A stretch of DNA of 64,000 nt from an uncultured Nitrososphaerales archaeon (GTDB lineage: Archaea; Thermoproteota; Nitrososphaeria; Nitrososphaerales; Nitrososphaeraceae), in assembly GCA_963695855.1 (NCBI GenBank), contig CAVOHZ010000010.1:1472001-1536000 (forward strand). Direction: 5' to 3'. Each line of letters opens with the position of its first letter. Positions within the stretch are counted from its first letter, which is position 1. The notes beneath the pieces were generated by a model. It was not told the origin of the DNA. It saw only the letters and a list, made by a program, of their open reading frames with translations, and did no database searches. This document shows, one piece after another, positions 62,686 through 64,000 of the stretch. Position numbers and translations under genes: made by a program.

Positions 62686-64000
62686 CTAACGATAATAGGG
62701 AACAGTTACTTTTTGATTAGGTGTTGTTTCACGTTGTTTCTTTATTTTCTTAACTGCATTTTCATAATCTTTCATCGAAACGAAAGCTTCAGATGCATGT
62801 TTAGCTGCTTCGTCAGGAGAAGAATATTTTTGCAGATAATTCTGCAGAACGAAGGAAACCGCAACGTTAACTAATGAACTGACTTCAGCTCCAGTAAAAC
62901 CTTCTGTAAGTTCTGTTATTTTTTCTAGATCGACGTCATTTGAATTAGGTTTATTATTAGAATTCATTTTTAAAATCATATATCTTGTTTTCTTGTCTGG
63001 GAGTGGTACATAGACTATCTTGTCAAATCTACCTAGTCTTAGTAATGCAGGGTCAATCATATCAGCACGGTTGGTGGCAGCAAGAACCACTACACCAGAA
63101 AGAGCTTGAATACCATCCATTTCTGTTAGTAATTGGGAAACAACCCGTTCTGCTACCATACTATCATTTTCAATCCCTCTGATAGGAGCTATAGAATCTA
63201 TTTCATCAAAAAATATCACACATGGTGAGGCCTGTCGTGCGCGTCTAAAGATTTCACGAATGCCTTTTTCAGATTCACCAACCCATTTTGATAGCAGTTC
63301 AGGTCCTTTAACACTGATAAAATTGGCTTCAGATTCTGTTGCAACGGCCTTAGCTAGCATGGTCTTGCCTGTTCCAGATGGACCATGTAACAGTACACCT
63401 TTTGGTATGGTATGTCCTAGTTTATTGTACATATCTGGAAAACGCATTGGCCATTCTACTGCCTCTTGCAGTTCATGTTTAACTTCTTCCAGTCCACCTA
63501 TATCAGGCCAATGTACATCTGGTGGTTCCAGATAGACTTCTCTCATTGCTGATGGCGTTACATCTTTTATAGCATGATTAAAATCGCTCATGGTTATGAT
63601 TAATTTGTTCAATACTTCTGGTGCTAGTTTTTCATCTTCTAGATTTAGTTCTGGCAGAAGACGTCTAAGACATTTCATTGCTGCTTCTTTACATAGATAT
63701 TCCAGATCAGCTCCAACAAATCCATGAGTAATTGCTGCTATCTTGTCTTGATCTACATCTGTATCAAGTGGCATGTTACGGGTATGAATCTGTAAAATCT
63801 CCAATCTCCCACGTTTATCAGGGACTTTGATCTCTATTTCTCTATCAAAACGACCCGGTCTTCGTAGTGCTTGATCTAGTGCATTTGGTCTGTTTGTTGC
63901 GGCTATTACTATAACTTTACCTCTTGCTTCAAGACCATCCATTAACGATAATAATTGTGATACAACTCTTCTTTCCACCTCGCCTGTTACTTCCTCTCTT
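62686..64000 (-). CDS. cdc48: CDC48/VAT-family AAA+ ATPase, 5' part outside the window
   Basis: Two AAA modules; [23 protein letters not shown]. Confidence 0.95.
   Translation of the reverse strand, partial: REEVTGEVERRVVSQLLSLMDGLEARGKVIVIAATNRPNALDQALRRPGRFDREIEIKVPDKRGRLEILQIHTRNMPLDTDVDQDKIAAITHGFVGADLEYLCKEAAMKCLRRLLPELNLEDEKLAPEVLNKLIITMSDFNHAIKDVTPSAMREVYLEPPDVHWPDIGGLEEVKHELQEAVEWPMRFPDMYNKLGHTIPKGVLLHGPSGTGKTMLAKAVATESEANFISVKGPELLSKWVGESEKGIREIFRRARQASPCVIFFDEIDSIAPIRGIENDSMVAERVVSQLLTEMDGIQALSGVVVLAATNRADMIDPALLRLGRFDKIVYVPLPDKKTRYMILKMNSNNKPNSNDVDLEKITELTEGFTGAEVSSLVNVAVSFVLQNYLQKYSSPDEAAKHASEAFVSMKDYENAVKKIKKQRETTPNQKVTVPYYR

Overview
AT-rich archaeal chromosome segment from an ammonia-oxidising archaeon (Nitrososphaeraceae; the amoC sequence, low GC and secreted-protein families suggest a Nitrosocosmicus-like host, which is an inference). 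About half the window consists of three collinear copies of one family of ~12-13 kb integrative elements: A 16297-29697, B 48787-60471 (inverted relative to A) and a decayed, IS5-interrupted copy C ~3409-12303. A and B carry a tyrosine integrase, a convergent SWIM zinc-finger gene, RHH regulators, a P-loop helicase-like ATPase, an AEP primase with a PriX-like C-terminus, a small-terminase candidate and a large terminase. I recognise no capsid, portal or tail gene, so they resemble archaeal virus satellites (PICI-like). The att cores of A and B are swapped, which points to a ~31 kb inversion (or misassembly) through a 733-bp near-identical repeat. Comparing A with B reveals covarying structured RNA elements ahead of the replication operon and element-specific inverted iteron arrays. 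Host genes include two amoC copies in an 805-bp inverted duplication, moaA, a sulfite-oxidase-family enzyme, PII-like proteins, trxB, cupredoxins, XPB-like and Hef-like helicases, and CDC48. All alignments were done by eye; no database search was run.
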